Shown in pieces: positions 1 to 11,160 of a stretch of DNA of 64,000 nt (positions within the stretch are counted from its first letter, which is position 1; the number at the start of each line of letters is the position of its first letter). A model generated the notes under the pieces. That model made no database searches. It saw nothing but the letters and a program-made list of their open reading frames with translations, and had not been told where the DNA came from. The stretch comes from Vicugna vicugna (Eukaryota): the NCBI GenBank assembly GCA_013265495.1, contig MU058718.1:434001-498000 (forward strand), in the 5' to 3' direction. Position numbers and translations under genes: made by a program.

Positions 1-203
1 TTTCCAGGAAACTCATTCATTGTAGGCAAACCCCATCAAATTAGCAGTCAAATGAGTTTGTTTTTTCCTCTTCTTCCATGAAAGAGATATTTAACAGAGG
101 AAAAGTCTTTTTACTTTAAGTCTTTAAAGCTAAGAAAAGGATGAGAAGGTGCTCTGCTTTGATGTAAATGTGGTTTTTTAAAAAGCTATTAATAAAATCT
201 TAA

Positions 204-342
204 AGAGGGAGGGTATATATCTCAGTGGCAGAGTACATGCCTAGCATGCATGAGGTCCTGGGTTCAATCCCCAGTACCTCCATTAAAATAAATAAATATA
301 TAAACCTAATTACCCCCAAAAAACTTGTTTTAAGTACAAAAA
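204..342 (+). mobile_element. tRNA-derived SINE (Vic-1-like)
   Basis: A-box-like ctcagtggcagag, B box ggttcaatcc, A-rich tail; TSD aaaatcttaa at 194-203 and 343-352. Confidence 0.88.
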
Positions 343-932
343 AAAATCTTAATTTTTCTTTGTTATAATTGCTCACTAAATCAATGAAGTATTTGAGTTG
401 TAAAATGTTTTTAAACAAAAAAAAATCACTTTATAGGAAAAAAATATTAAGGCAATTAAGATTACTCCCAATCTTCCTCCTAATTTTGTTAATGTATATA
501 TGTATGTAATTGGACTCGTCCTTTCTGAATACACATGTTCTGTCTTCCATTTTGCATGACTAATAAACCTACGGTTTTATGAATAGGTGCATGACAGAAT
601 TACCACAAGAGATTTTTCAGACTCAGAGCATTCACACTGCCACTTGATACTGTGTGGTGAAAACCACTGATTTATATGAAGTCATAAAAGAGGAGGAAGA
701 AAGAAGTGAGATTTATGTTAAAAAATATTGGAACTCTAAAAACATCTTTGTTTTTGTTGTATAGTCACCAAAAAAAGGAAAAGATATATTTAAATCTTAG
801 TAGAAAGGGGACCTATGTAGTTTGAAAAAGATTTCTGGGTATTACAGCTTACTCATTTTTTAATACTCTAGTGGGCATTTGATAATACTAGAAGATATTT
901 ATGAAAAAAATTAAATCCAAGGGCCTGATTTC

Positions 933-1092
933 TTTTTTTAATCATTTCTTCTTTTTCTTGTTGGTTTTTTTAGGGGAGAGGGTGGTAATGAGGTTTATTT
1001 ATTTATTTTTAATGAAGGTACTAGGGATTGAACCCAGGACCCCATGCATGCTAAGCATACACTCTGTCACTGAGCTATACCCTCCGCCCCTA
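933..1092 (-). mobile_element. tRNA-derived SINE (Vic-1-like)
   Basis: gggattgaacccaggacc...ctgagctatacc; TSD caagggcct(g/a)atttc at 918-932 and 1093-1107. Confidence 0.9.
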
Positions 1093-2050
1093 CAAGGGCC
1101 TAATTTCTACTTAGTATTTTCCTACAAGAAGGTCATAAGTTAAAGCCTTGATTAAAAGGCTGTACTATAAATAAACTGATGGCTATTAGTAAGCATTGAA
1201 CAAGGTACTATGTTTTTTAAATGACTTTATAAAAATTAGAAAATATGCCCATAGTACTTAGAGTGTGCAATTAATGGTTTACCAGTGCTTTCTTAGAAAT
1301 AATTTGAAGTACAGACATTAAAAGAGTATTCTACATATATAAATCACTCTGTGATGAATGAATGCTTTTTAATTCATAAATTGCATTAGTACCCATCTTG
1401 ATGGGCATCTTTGAGTGCCTTACATATTCTAGTCAGAAAAGGTTTAGACAAAGCCCTGGCTCACTGAGCTATTGCCATATAAGGCGACTTTGATTTACAG
1501 AGCAGATATACATTATAATCTTTTTATAATGATAGTGAATTTTCTGCTTCCTTCTCACCAATAACTCATAATAAACTTTTACTTGTTTTGAACATTTCAC
1601 TGTCTTTTTCTCTTACAGACACTTTCTACCAATAGTACCAAATATTTCTGAACTGATGAATGGAAGTGAATATGCTTTATCAGCATTTTATCTTAGAATG
1701 ATCTGTTTTATAACATGGATCCCATGACAAGTGTTTATGGCACAGTTTCTTTGTTTTGAAAGTAGGCAGTTTGCTAAAGAAAATCTGAAAAGAGCTTATT
1801 TCACTTTCAGTGGCTGCTATTTAATAAAGTTGATATAAGGAGGGATAGAAATTCTTGAAATGTGTGGAGGGGTAGCTTTTATACATAATTAGGCCTAAAG
1901 TGCTTTTATTAAAAAGAGGAATTTGTTGTATATTATTAAGCCAGATACTGGAATAATATTATTAAAAGTTACTAACTTTTGGAAAATGTATAATGTAGCA
2001 ATTTTTGATATTTTAGAAAGTTTTTATGGTGAGACTTTCTTTCCTGACAG

Positions 2051-2165
2051 GTGCATTCCTTGCAAAGGTTCTCGGTTTCCTCCAACCCTTCCACGCCCTG
2101 CTATAGCTGTATTATCCTTTAAGCTTCCTTACTGTCAGACTGCCACTGAGAAAGGACAAATGGAG
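2051..2165 (+). CDS. WDHD1: WDHD1 (AND-1) internal coding exon, SepB region (first exon visible; ~exon 17 by human numbering)
   Basis: ttcctgacag|G acceptor, GAG|gtatgc donor; encodes (R)CIPCKGSRFPPTLPRPAIAVLSFKLPYCQTATEKGQME, matching recalled AND-1; gene is 5'-partial in the window. Confidence 0.96.
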
Positions 2166-2382
2166 GTATGCACAGATCTTACCTTGACACTCTGAATTTG
2201 ATAATACCCTGTCTGTGATACAAGCATTTAAAATTATCCTGATGACCAGTGTTCAGTATTCATTTCTTTATAATTAAATAAAGCACAGTAACTGGGAGGG
2301 AGAGGGCTTATGATCCCCAGGGCACCTGATTGCCATCGCTGCTTCTGTGGACTTTGTTTAAGAGATAAATGGGTATGACTGT

Positions 2383-2499
2383 CAGGGCTCACTAGGGTAA
2401 GGCACTCACCCCCAGGGTGGGGCGAGTGCCTGAGAGGATGTGCCTCCATGAGTTTTGTACCCTAGGCACCAGGCTTGCCTCTCTCTAGTCCTAGCCCTG
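2383..2499. mobile_element. Short hAT MITE (MER96-like)
   Basis: Inverted termini cagggc..actagggtaaggca / gcctctctctagtcctagccctg. Confidence 0.6.
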
Positions 2500-2630
2500 G
2501 GTCATCAGAAGTCATTTGAAATCTTGCAGTTAGTTATTCTAAACAAGAAACCGATTGGCTTCTAAAAAATCTGGTATACCAAGTTCTCTGAGCATTAACT
2601 ATGATAGCTAGGAAACTTTAAAATGCTATA

Positions 2631-2858
2631 CAGTTGACTCTTGAAGAACATGGGTTTTAACTGCGCGGGTCCACTCACACATGGGTTCTTTTTTCCATAG
2701 TAAATACCACAGTACTATATGATCTGCAGTTGTTTGAATCTAAGGTTGTGGAAATCAGACATGGAGGAACTGTGTATACAGGCAATAAGTTATATGCAGA
2801 TTTTCAACTACACAGAAGATGGGCACCCCTGCCTCCTGCATTGGTCTAGGGTCAACTG
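2631..2858. mobile_element. Tigger2-derived MITE (TcMar)
   Basis: TIRs cagttgactcttga / tctagggtcaactg; TA on both sides (2629-2630, 2859-2860). Confidence 0.85.
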
Positions 2859-3056
2859 TATTTCTCTCTTTTTTTTAAGGATAGAAAGTGAAGTCAAGCC
2901 ATAGTATCACATTAGAATTTGGATTATAAAATAAGCTATAGAAAGGAGTATTTCAGAAAATGTTTTATTCAGAAACTGGTATCATATGATAAATATATAA
3001 CACTTGCCTGGTATCCAGCTGATAGTTGACTCTAAGCAATTTTTATACTTTCATAG

Positions 3057-3188
3057 GAACAGTATTGGCGTTCAGTTATGTTTCACAACTACCTTGATTA
3101 TTTAGCTAAAAATGGTTATGAATATGAAGAGAGCACTAAAAATCAAGCAATAAAAGAACAACAGGAACTTTTAATGAAAATGCTTGCG
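3057..3188 (+). CDS. WDHD1: WDHD1 coding exon (132 nt)
   Basis: ttcatag|GAA...GCG|gtgagt; EQYWRSVMFHNYLDYLAKNGYEYEESTKNQAIKEQQELLMKMLA; phase 0/0 fits neighbours. Confidence 0.96.
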
Positions 3189-3789
3189 GTGAGTAAAATA
3201 AATATAGTGGCAAAAAGAGTTAAATGCTTTCCTCTAGGCTGAATTTCTTAACGGTGTGTGACAAGTTCCATAACCTAAAATTCTTAAGTTGTATCTGGTG
3301 GCATTTTTCTCCCTTAAAACTTCTGTTTCTCAGTTGATGTTGCAGGTAATATATTTAAGACATTACCTTGTATCTAAGGTCATAGGAAGAAAAAAAATTG
3401 CTCTGGTGCTACCTCCTTTTTTGTTTTATTTTTGCCCACTGGTCAGTGTTTTAACATGCCCTCTAGGTGACTGCCACTTTTTAATAGTTTGAGAACTGGC
3501 TCTAGCTGCTGGTCTTATGTGCAGCATACTAAGTTTGTGAACTTCTAGGTCTCTAGGCTGGGCAGTCTTAAGAACTTTGATCAGGTTTTATATATGTCTG
3601 CCTTTTGTTATCCTCTTAGGCAAACTGGGTGGTAAAAGTTTGTAGCCAGTGACCAGGTTTGTTGCCTTGGATTTTTAAGTACACTTAGCTTTGGAGATAA
3701 GTGAATTTTTTGAAACATAAAGTTTGTATGTTGTGTCCTCATTCCAGGTTGGTTTCTAGGGAAGAGTGTATTATAATTTCTTCTCTGTT

Positions 3790-3900
3790 CCTCTAGACTG
3801 CAAGCCCCTGGAGGGCAGTGACCCTGTCTCATTCACTGCTGTATGCCAGGCACGGATGTGATGCTAACACACAGTAGACCTCAGTATTTCTTAAGAGAGT
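3790..3900 (+). mobile_element. L2 3' fragment
   Basis: ctagactgcaagcccctggagggcag...ttcactgctgtat resembles the L2 3' consensus. Confidence 0.65.
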
Positions 3901-5266
3901 CAATGGTTCAGGCTTTTCACTTTAAAAATGAGGGAAAATTTTTCTGAGGGAAAAATGATAGCTAAGACTGCAGAGCTGATTGACCTTCAGTCTCCAAAAG
4001 GTGGCATTCACGTTTGTCACCTCTATGCAACACTGCCTTGAGTTTAGTATTAAAGAAATTTAGTTTCCTGTAGAAATAAGTTTTGTTTCTTATAAAATCT
4101 CCTTTGTGGTTTAGGAACTGGTAACCTTTTCATTTCCTACAACACATGTAAAGAATCCTGTTTGATTTATTTACCATATAGCCTTAGAGGAGCTGTTCCT
4201 TTGGAGTGCAGTGTTGCTCAGCAGGGTGCAGCTGGTTCTACTGGTAGCACCATGGTCAGTTCTTTAGCATTCCTGGCCCCTGGCAAATGCCTGTAGTTCA
4301 GCTTAGTCTGGAAGAATCTCTTGCTTTCCTTACTCCATTTCATTTCCAAATGCCCCCTGAGGAAGAGAATCATCCCAGTTGAGAAGTACTGCTTATAGAT
4401 AAGTGATTCTAGAAAACTTGAGAAGGATGTGCAGGTGAATATCTAAAGCTTCTGTGCTGTTGAGTCAGATGTGGTATGTCTAAGTAACAAAATAACCCTT
4501 CTGTTCTATGAATTATGAGACCCTTAGTCTTCAGAGCATTAATTTTCCTCACATTGTCCTTGAGTTGTCTCACTTTGAGTTGTCAAAATTCATACTGAAA
4601 GAAAAAGTCAATATCTTCTAAGGGATGGTAAGTGAAGTTCTTTGTTTTATTTTGTAAGTATAAAAAACAAAGCAAGAAAAAAGAGGTTATTTGTTAATTT
4701 GAAAATTGTGTAACTGTTTCTGGTAGTTAGAGATCAGAGACAATCACATTTTAAAAGATTATGGAGAAATATACTTGCCTCCATTGCCTTCATTTAGTAG
4801 CATTTGTGTGCCAATTCTGAGCAAAATAATAATAAATAAATCATTTATAATTTATTCTTTCTTTGAATTTGCTACCCTGTTTGATGAGTGCAGGTGATAG
4901 GGTGGGCGGGAAGACAAATTTAAGAAAACCATTTTTAAATTTTGAACAAATCTCTTACTTTCCTTATAATTAATAATTTGAAATAATATGCCATATTTCG
5001 TTGAATCTAAGCTCCTGTTGATTGTAAAAAGCACCATTATTTTATTTAAGTTACTGAGTCAGAAAAAAATGCTGCCAATTAAATTTCGCCTCACCGTTAA
5101 TTATAAGATGCTACTCAACTTCAGAGAGAGATGTTAAAATGTGCATCTTAGGATAAAAACTACAGTTTCTAGAAAACTGTTTTCCCAGTTCTACTAGTAG
5201 TATCATCTTTTATTTTTGAGAAGTTTTGCTTAAGGTAATTTGATGCCCCCCACCTTTTCCCTTTAG

Positions 5267-5490
5267 CTTTCTTGTAAACTGGAGCGAGAATTTCGTTGTG
5301 TGGAACTTGCTAATCTAATGACTCAGAATGCTGTGAATTTAGCCATTAAATATGCTTCTCGTTCTCGGAGATTAATATTGGCCCAGAGACTTAGTGAACT
5401 GGCTGTCGAGAAGGCAGCAGAATTGGCAGCAACCCAAGCTGAAGAGGAGGAGGAAGAAGAAGAGGATTTCAGAAATAAGTTGAATGCTGG
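5267..5490 (+). CDS. WDHD1: WDHD1 coding exon (224 nt), helical region plus acidic tract
   Basis: ccctttag|CTT...GG|gtaaga; LSCKLEREFRCVELANLMTQNAVNLAIKYASRSRRLILAQRLSELAVEKAAELAATQAEEEEEEEEDFRNKLNAG; overlaps ORF-track 5300..5494. Confidence 0.97.
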
Positions 5491-5584
5491 GTAAGAAATA
5501 CTTAGTTGTTTGGGTTTTCCTTTACCATCTTGAATATTGACTTGGTCTTTGCACAGCTTTTTATTGAATATTACTGTCTTTTAG

Positions 5585-5703
5585 TTACAGTAATACTGCT
5601 ACAGAATGGGGTCAGCCAAGGCTCAGAAATCAAGCTGAGGAAGATACAGAAGACAGTGGAGAAGCTGATGATATAGAAGAAAAACCAGAAACACACAATC
5701 ATG
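5585..5703 (+). CDS. WDHD1: WDHD1 coding exon (119 nt) after a 94-nt intron
   Basis: tcttttag|T...G|gtaagt; YSNTATEWGQPRLRNQAEEDTEDSGEADDIEEKPETHNH; phase 2/1. Confidence 0.93.
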
Positions 5704-5891
5704 GTAAGTTATATTTTTAAGGGAATTTGAAGATGAGAAGTGTCATGTATGTGCCTCTCCTCATTTACTTGGCTGAAGGAAATTGAATACTTGTACTTTT
5801 TTGAGACATCTTTGCTGTCTGATTGTTGATTATAGAAGGTAGCTTTATCTTCCCATTAACAGTATATTGCTTTATGTTAATTTTTCTATAG

Positions 5892-5948
5892 GACAAAATT
5901 CATTTTTTAAAAATGCATATTCCTCTGATGTGCTAGCTATTAAGTCAG
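5892..5948 (+). CDS. WDHD1: WDHD1 coding exon (57 nt)
   Basis: tttctatag|GA...TCAG|gtaaga; (G)QNSFFKNAYSSDVLAIKS(G); phase 1/1. Confidence 0.9.
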
Positions 5949-6083
5949 GTAAGAAATATTTTTGATTTTATAATATCAAGGGAATTTTGCAAGAATTCTT
6001 TAAAGTGATAAAGAATACACAAATACACCTTACCCTTTAGGGCCTGTTTTGTTGTTTTCAATCAGAAATGTATGTGAAACTAG

Positions 6084-7750
6084 TCATTTAACAAATACTC
6101 ATTAAATACCTATTGTGTGTCAGGTATTTGACTAGATGGGGGATACAGAAATCAAGTAGGCATGCATGTTTGATCCCTGCATAGAATAACCTTATGGTAC
6201 TGATTGGCTTTTAAAAATGGGTATATATGTTAGTTTGACTTTTAAAATATACTTTTAAACATGTGTACAGAGTATTAAAAGAGCATATAACAAGTTGGCT
6301 ATAATCCAGTCAGTGGTGGAGGATGGTTGGGATTCCAAGGAAGGCCTTATGGAGTGATTAAAGCAGAGACCTAAAGTATAAATAAGTCAGCTAGGCAAAG
6401 GTGGGTAAGAGCAGAAGCAGAGGAAAAGCTTGTGGGCTTAAGGAACAGCATGTGTGAAAACTTTAAGAGTGGTGTGAAGAGCAGAGAGCAAAGAGGAGGT
6501 GATGCTGAATAGTTTTGGAGTGATGGGCAAGAGCCAGAGTGTGCAGATCTGTGTTGGCCATTGTAAGGATTTTGATCTTTATTCTGAAGTCACTGGGAGG
6601 CTGTTGTAGGTATTAAGCAGGGGCATAATGTGGCACACTGTGCAGAGGAGGGTTGCATGTAAGGAGACTACTGAGGTAGTCCCAAGTGAGATTGAATAGC
6701 GACTTAGACTAGGGTGGTGATGAGTGATGGTAAAAAGAATGGAAGGAATTGAAGAGGTGTTCCTGAAGATAATGTAGAGGGTATGGAAGTTCAGGGTGTA
6801 AAGAATGACTCTCAGTTTCTGGCTTGAGTACTTTAGTGAATGATGGTGCCATTTACTGAGTTGGGAAACATAGCTTTAGATAGGAGGATGATGAATTACT
6901 ATTGTCTATTTGGGTCGGGAGCTCAGGAAAGCAGTATCACTGGGATGGAGCTATAAAGTGAAAATCATTGACGTAAATACAGCAATTTAAAGCATGGTAT
7001 ATGGATGAGTGAGTATTGGGAGAGAGTGTAAAGTGAAAAGAAAAATGAGCTTGGGCCTAGAAAACCCCCAACATTTAAACTTCAGGTAGACGAGGAAGAA
7101 GGGAAGGAACTATCAAAAGAGAATGAGACCAGAGAGGAAGGAGGTAAGCCAGGGAATGCCGTATCTCAGAAGTCAAGGGGGAGAGAGTATCAAGAAGAAA
7201 GGAACACTCAGTTATGTGGAATGCTGTTGAGAGGTCAAATAAGATGATAGCTGAAAAGGATCCACCAGTTTTGGCCACATAGAGCTTACTGAGTCCTTAG
7301 CAAGAACAGATTCTGCAGGGTAGTATAGGACTGGAGCCATGTTTTGGGTGGAGGAATGTTTGAGTAGTGAGGAAATGGGAATAGCCATGTAGACAGCGCT
7401 TGAGAAATTTGACAGTTTGTGGGAGGTGAGAGAAAATGGTGTCTGGGAAGAGGGGGAATGTGATGAGGAGAGAGTGTTTAGTTTTTGTTTGTTTAAGTTG
7501 AGAAACTTCAAGAACCAATAAGGACGGTCAAAGATGGTGTGGCCATTGACAGCACAGGTTTCTTGAAAAGGAGTGGGTGGGATTTAGAGCACTAGTGTAG
7601 AAATTATTTACTAGCTAAAATAAGGCAACAGTCTTTCCTGGTAACAAGAGAAGACGATAGATCTATACATATTGTGTTTGTATGTCTGATAGTGGACAAT
7701 TGGGATAGTTCTCATCTAATAGCTTTTGTTTTGTCTTAGAAATAGGAAGG
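6084..7750 (-). mobile_element. Long ancient L2 LINE fragment with RT relic
   Basis: L2 tail (tcatttaacaaatac); minus-strand ORF 7075-7278 reads IILFDLSTAFHIT...LLDTL, like the L2/CR1 RT motif LLDLSAAFDTV. Confidence 0.8.
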
Positions 7751-7897
7751 AGGTCATATGTAATTGTTAATAGTTTTAAAGTTGCAAACTACGTTTATTT
7801 TCATATAATACAGATTTAAATATTCCATTATCAGTATTGAAGTCAGAAGTCTTCTGAGTTTTACTGCTATTAAGTGAGGGTTTCTTTCTTATGAAAG

Positions 7898-7941
7898 GTG
7901 CAGTTACCTCTAGCAACCAAGGACGAATAAACCCCTTCAAG
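7898..7941 (+). CDS. WDHD1: WDHD1 coding exon (44 nt)
   Basis: tttcttatgaaag|GT...AAG|gtaaac; (G)AVTSSNQGRINPFK, containing the NPFK motif recalled from AND-1; phase 1/0. Confidence 0.92.
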
Positions 7942-8359
7942 GTAAACTCTTTCCAGTGATGTTTTCTATTATTCAAACACATTTCCATACAGAGAAATAT
8001 TTCCAAATGACAAGATGACCTTCGCCAGACTTAGACATTAAAGATTTAATTTTAAAATATTTAAATAAGTAAATGTTTGAAATAAACAAAGTTAAAAGTA
8101 GCACTAGTTCATGCTTTGGCCAAAAGTTATACTTCTACTGGTCTTCTAAGAACCTACGGTTTTGAAAGGTGCTACCTGTTTTTCTTGGAGATACGGTATT
8201 TGGGAATATGTGCCTCAGTCTTAATTTGGATTACACCAAGTATATTCAGTTACAAAGGTGAAATTACAGTACAAACCTAACAGAAATTTAAAGGAAAAGT
8301 AAATTTCTTGGGATTTTTTTTTTCTGAACATAAAATGCTAATACTAGATTGCTCTTTAG

Positions 8360-8530
8360 GTATCAGGCAATTCCAAAGAGCCAGCCATTTCAGGGAATTC
8401 AGTACGTTCAACTAATATTTTAGACAGTATGAATAAATCATCCAAGAAGTCTACTGCACTTAGTCGAGCTACAAATAATGAAAAGTCTCCAGTTATAAAG
8501 CCTCTGATTCCAAAGCCAAAGTCTAAACAG
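8360..8530 (+). CDS. WDHD1: WDHD1 coding exon (171 nt)
   Basis: ctctttag|GTA...CAG|gtatga; VSGNSKEPAISGNSVRSTNILDSMNKSSKKSTALSRATNNEKSPVIKPLIPKPKSKQ. Confidence 0.95.
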
Positions 8531-8635
8531 GTATGATTTCAGCTGCCCCCTGCCATGGTCTTTTTGTCTTACTTTAGCTTTGTTCACTCTTTCAGGTAGG
8601 CTCCAGTTGTTTGTAACTGATTGTCTAGCAAGGGC

Positions 8636-8825
8636 AGTGGTTCTCAAATCTTTTTTTTGCTTCAGAATCACTTTATATATGTATACACACACACATACAT
8701 GCATGCGTATATACGTATACATACACACCCACACACCCAGGACAGGAACTCATGCATCTGTTTTTGTTGTTGTTCTTGTTGTTTTCCCTTTTCCCAGATG
8801 GTTTTGATGCATGTCCCTGTTTAAT
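8636..8825. mobile_element. MER5-like hAT fragment containing a TA/CA microsatellite (8675-8736)
   Basis: cagtggttctcaaa...cagaatcac...ttcccagatggttttgatgca. Confidence 0.55.
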
Positions 8826-9168
8826 GACAATTGGTATAGTACCTGGCCCGAATCTTTACTTTTTCTGTATTGCGATTTTGATCTCCCAGGTTTCATCCCA
8901 GTTTTAGTGTTTTATCTTATATTTGTCATCAATAAAATATATGTTATTTATCTTTCCTAGTTCATATAACTTTTTTCAATTAGAAAACATAAAATTTGAG
9001 ATGTAGTTTTTTTTTATTTTGTGTGTGTGTGCATGTTTATTTTTAACTTTACATGTTGGTGTATGAATTCTAAATGATTACAAATATTTTTCCACATTTT
9101 TAAAAATTTGATTGTAACACAAAATCATACTAGATTTTGTTGCAGTATTCTTAAGTTTGTTTTTACAG

Positions 9169-9299
9169 GTATCTGCAGCATCCTTTTTCCAGAAAGGAGC
9201 TTCCAAAGCTGGTAAGACTGAGGAAGTGAAGGAAGAAAATTCTGAAAATTCATCATCTGAAAGTCCACCTGTGTGTCCTCAAAACACTGAAAACCAAAG
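9169..9299 (+). CDS. WDHD1: WDHD1 coding exon (131 nt)
   Basis: tttttacag|GTA...CAAAG|gtcaat (weak donor); VSAASFFQKGASKAGKTEEVKEENSENSSSESPPVCPQNTENQ(R); phase 0/2 fits next exon. Confidence 0.92.
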
Positions 9300-9579
9300 G
9301 TCAATACATAGAGAAAATTAGTATTCTCAAGATACAATATCCCAGTAAAAGGCATATAGAAGTAGCCATACAAAATTATGTGGCTCTCTTATTCATTATT
9401 ATAAATAATTCATTGGCACAGATACTGGGCATTCTGAACACTTGTAACTAATTTAGGGAAGCCACAAATATTGATTAATGTATTTATATTACTTATTAAA
9501 GTATGTTTTGATAAATTGTATTATCTGTTTTAAATTATAGGTACATTTTGTTGGGACACTTTTATAGTTCATTTTTTTC

Positions 9580-10200
9580 TTTGGTTTGTTTTTAAATGAT
9601 AATATAGTTACATGGGAGAAACACAGTCAAAAGATACAAAAAGATGTGTGATGAAGAGTACATCTCTTTGCTATACCCAGTTCCCCCTCCACAAATAGTC
9701 GCTGAGCAACTTTCTTATATAACCTTCCAGAATTATTCTATGCATGTATAAACATATTTATCTGCTTTCTGAAATTACAGAAAGGGTAGTATACACATGG
9801 TTCTGTACCTTGTTTTTTTCACTTAGCAACTTTTGCAGATCATTTCTTATTACCACATGAAGAGTTTCTCTAATCTTGCTACATCCGTTGAATGGCTATG
9901 CCATAATAGTTTATTTCTTTATTGGTGGACAAAAGATGGATGCTGGTCTTTTGCTAGTACAAATAGTAGTACAGTGAATAACTATATGAATGTCATTTCT
10001 TACATATACAAATAGCTATAAGATGGATTCCTGTATGGTTCAACTTAATGTATACTTGTAATTCTGATAGATATGCACAGTTGTTCTGCATGGATGTTGT
10101 ATCATTTTATACACCTCCAGCAGTATGAGAGTTCCTGTTTGTCCATATACTATTTGTCAACCAACTCAGTATGTTGCCAAATTTCTTGATCTCTTGTATT
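9580..10200 (-). mobile_element. Old L1 (L1ME-like) 3' fragment
   Basis: Degenerate L1 3' UTR motifs (tttcacttagcaac, gaatggctatgccataat, acacctccagcagtatgagagttcctgttt). Confidence 0.6.
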
Positions 10201-11021
10201 CTAGGTTTATTTAAAATATATCAGTTAAATTGAAAAGTCACCATTTCATTTTCAGCATTATGTATCTCTTTTAGCCAGTATCTCATGTTAACCAGTTTAA
10301 TTTGAGGGGGTAGCTGTAGTTTTTATTTTTCCTATTTTGTTCTGAATTTAGATATTAAACAGTGTAATTTTTATTTAAGATTCAATTTTTTATACTGGCA
10401 ACAGGCTGTACAGAAAAAAAGTGCTCAGTAAATATTGTTTGCTTTAAACCTTCACTTGTGACCTAAAGACAATTTGTATCAGAAGTGAGATCTAGTACAA
10501 TCGACAAGTGTGCTGTGTCCATGCTTTACATAATGATGGTACAAGAAAGGACCCACACTCCAGGTCAGCTGTGAGAGCAAGGGTGAGAGGATGGCTAAGG
10601 AGCTTGAGAGAAGTCGTGAAGATTTTAAAGAGCTGCTTTGGGAAATGGAGAAAGCCTACCAAGGATACATGGGAGAATCTTACTGGGCTAGAGAGGCTAA
10701 GTAAGGTTGGAGATCTTGAGCCTGTCAACATTCATAAAGAGTTGAATGTGCAGAGTTTATAGTTGCTGCACTTGGAAAATAAAGATGTGAGTAATTCCTT
10801 TGAATTGACCTTGCAGAGGATTTTTTTCAGTTCATTACTTCTACAGCCTCTAGGCAGTTTTAAGTAATAATGTAATTATAAGTATTAACAAATATAATGA
10901 ATTATGTCTCTCTTTATATAGATAGGCAAAGACTAATGGTTAATTACTAACCTGAAAAATCATAAAGCACTTTAAAACTGTGTCTTAAGTATAATTTTTT
11001 TTTACATAATTGCTATTTTAG

Positions 11022-11160
11022 GCCAAAGACTGGGTTCCAGATGTGGCTGGAAGAAAACAGAAGTAATATCTTGTCTGACAATCCTGACTTTTCAGATGAA
11101 GCAGACATAATAAAAGAAGGAATGGTTCGATTTAGAGTATTGTCAACTGAAGAGAGGAAG
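11022..11160 (+). CDS. WDHD1: WDHD1 penultimate exon, HMG box
   Basis: ctattttag|G...AAG|gtaagg; PKTGFQMWLEENRSNILSDNPDFSDEADIIKEGMVRFRVLSTEERK, HMG-box pattern. Confidence 0.97.

Noticed and set aside
204..281. tRNA-like sequences (this and the other copies)
   Set aside because: A-rich tails, TSDs and divergent stems identify them as SINE copies, not tRNA genes; the recurring VLGIEPRT peptides are antisense SINE translations.
5441..5467. Poly-Glu tract in WDHD1
   Set aside because: Known acidic stretch of AND-1 with mixed GAA/GAG codons; no evidence of expansion.
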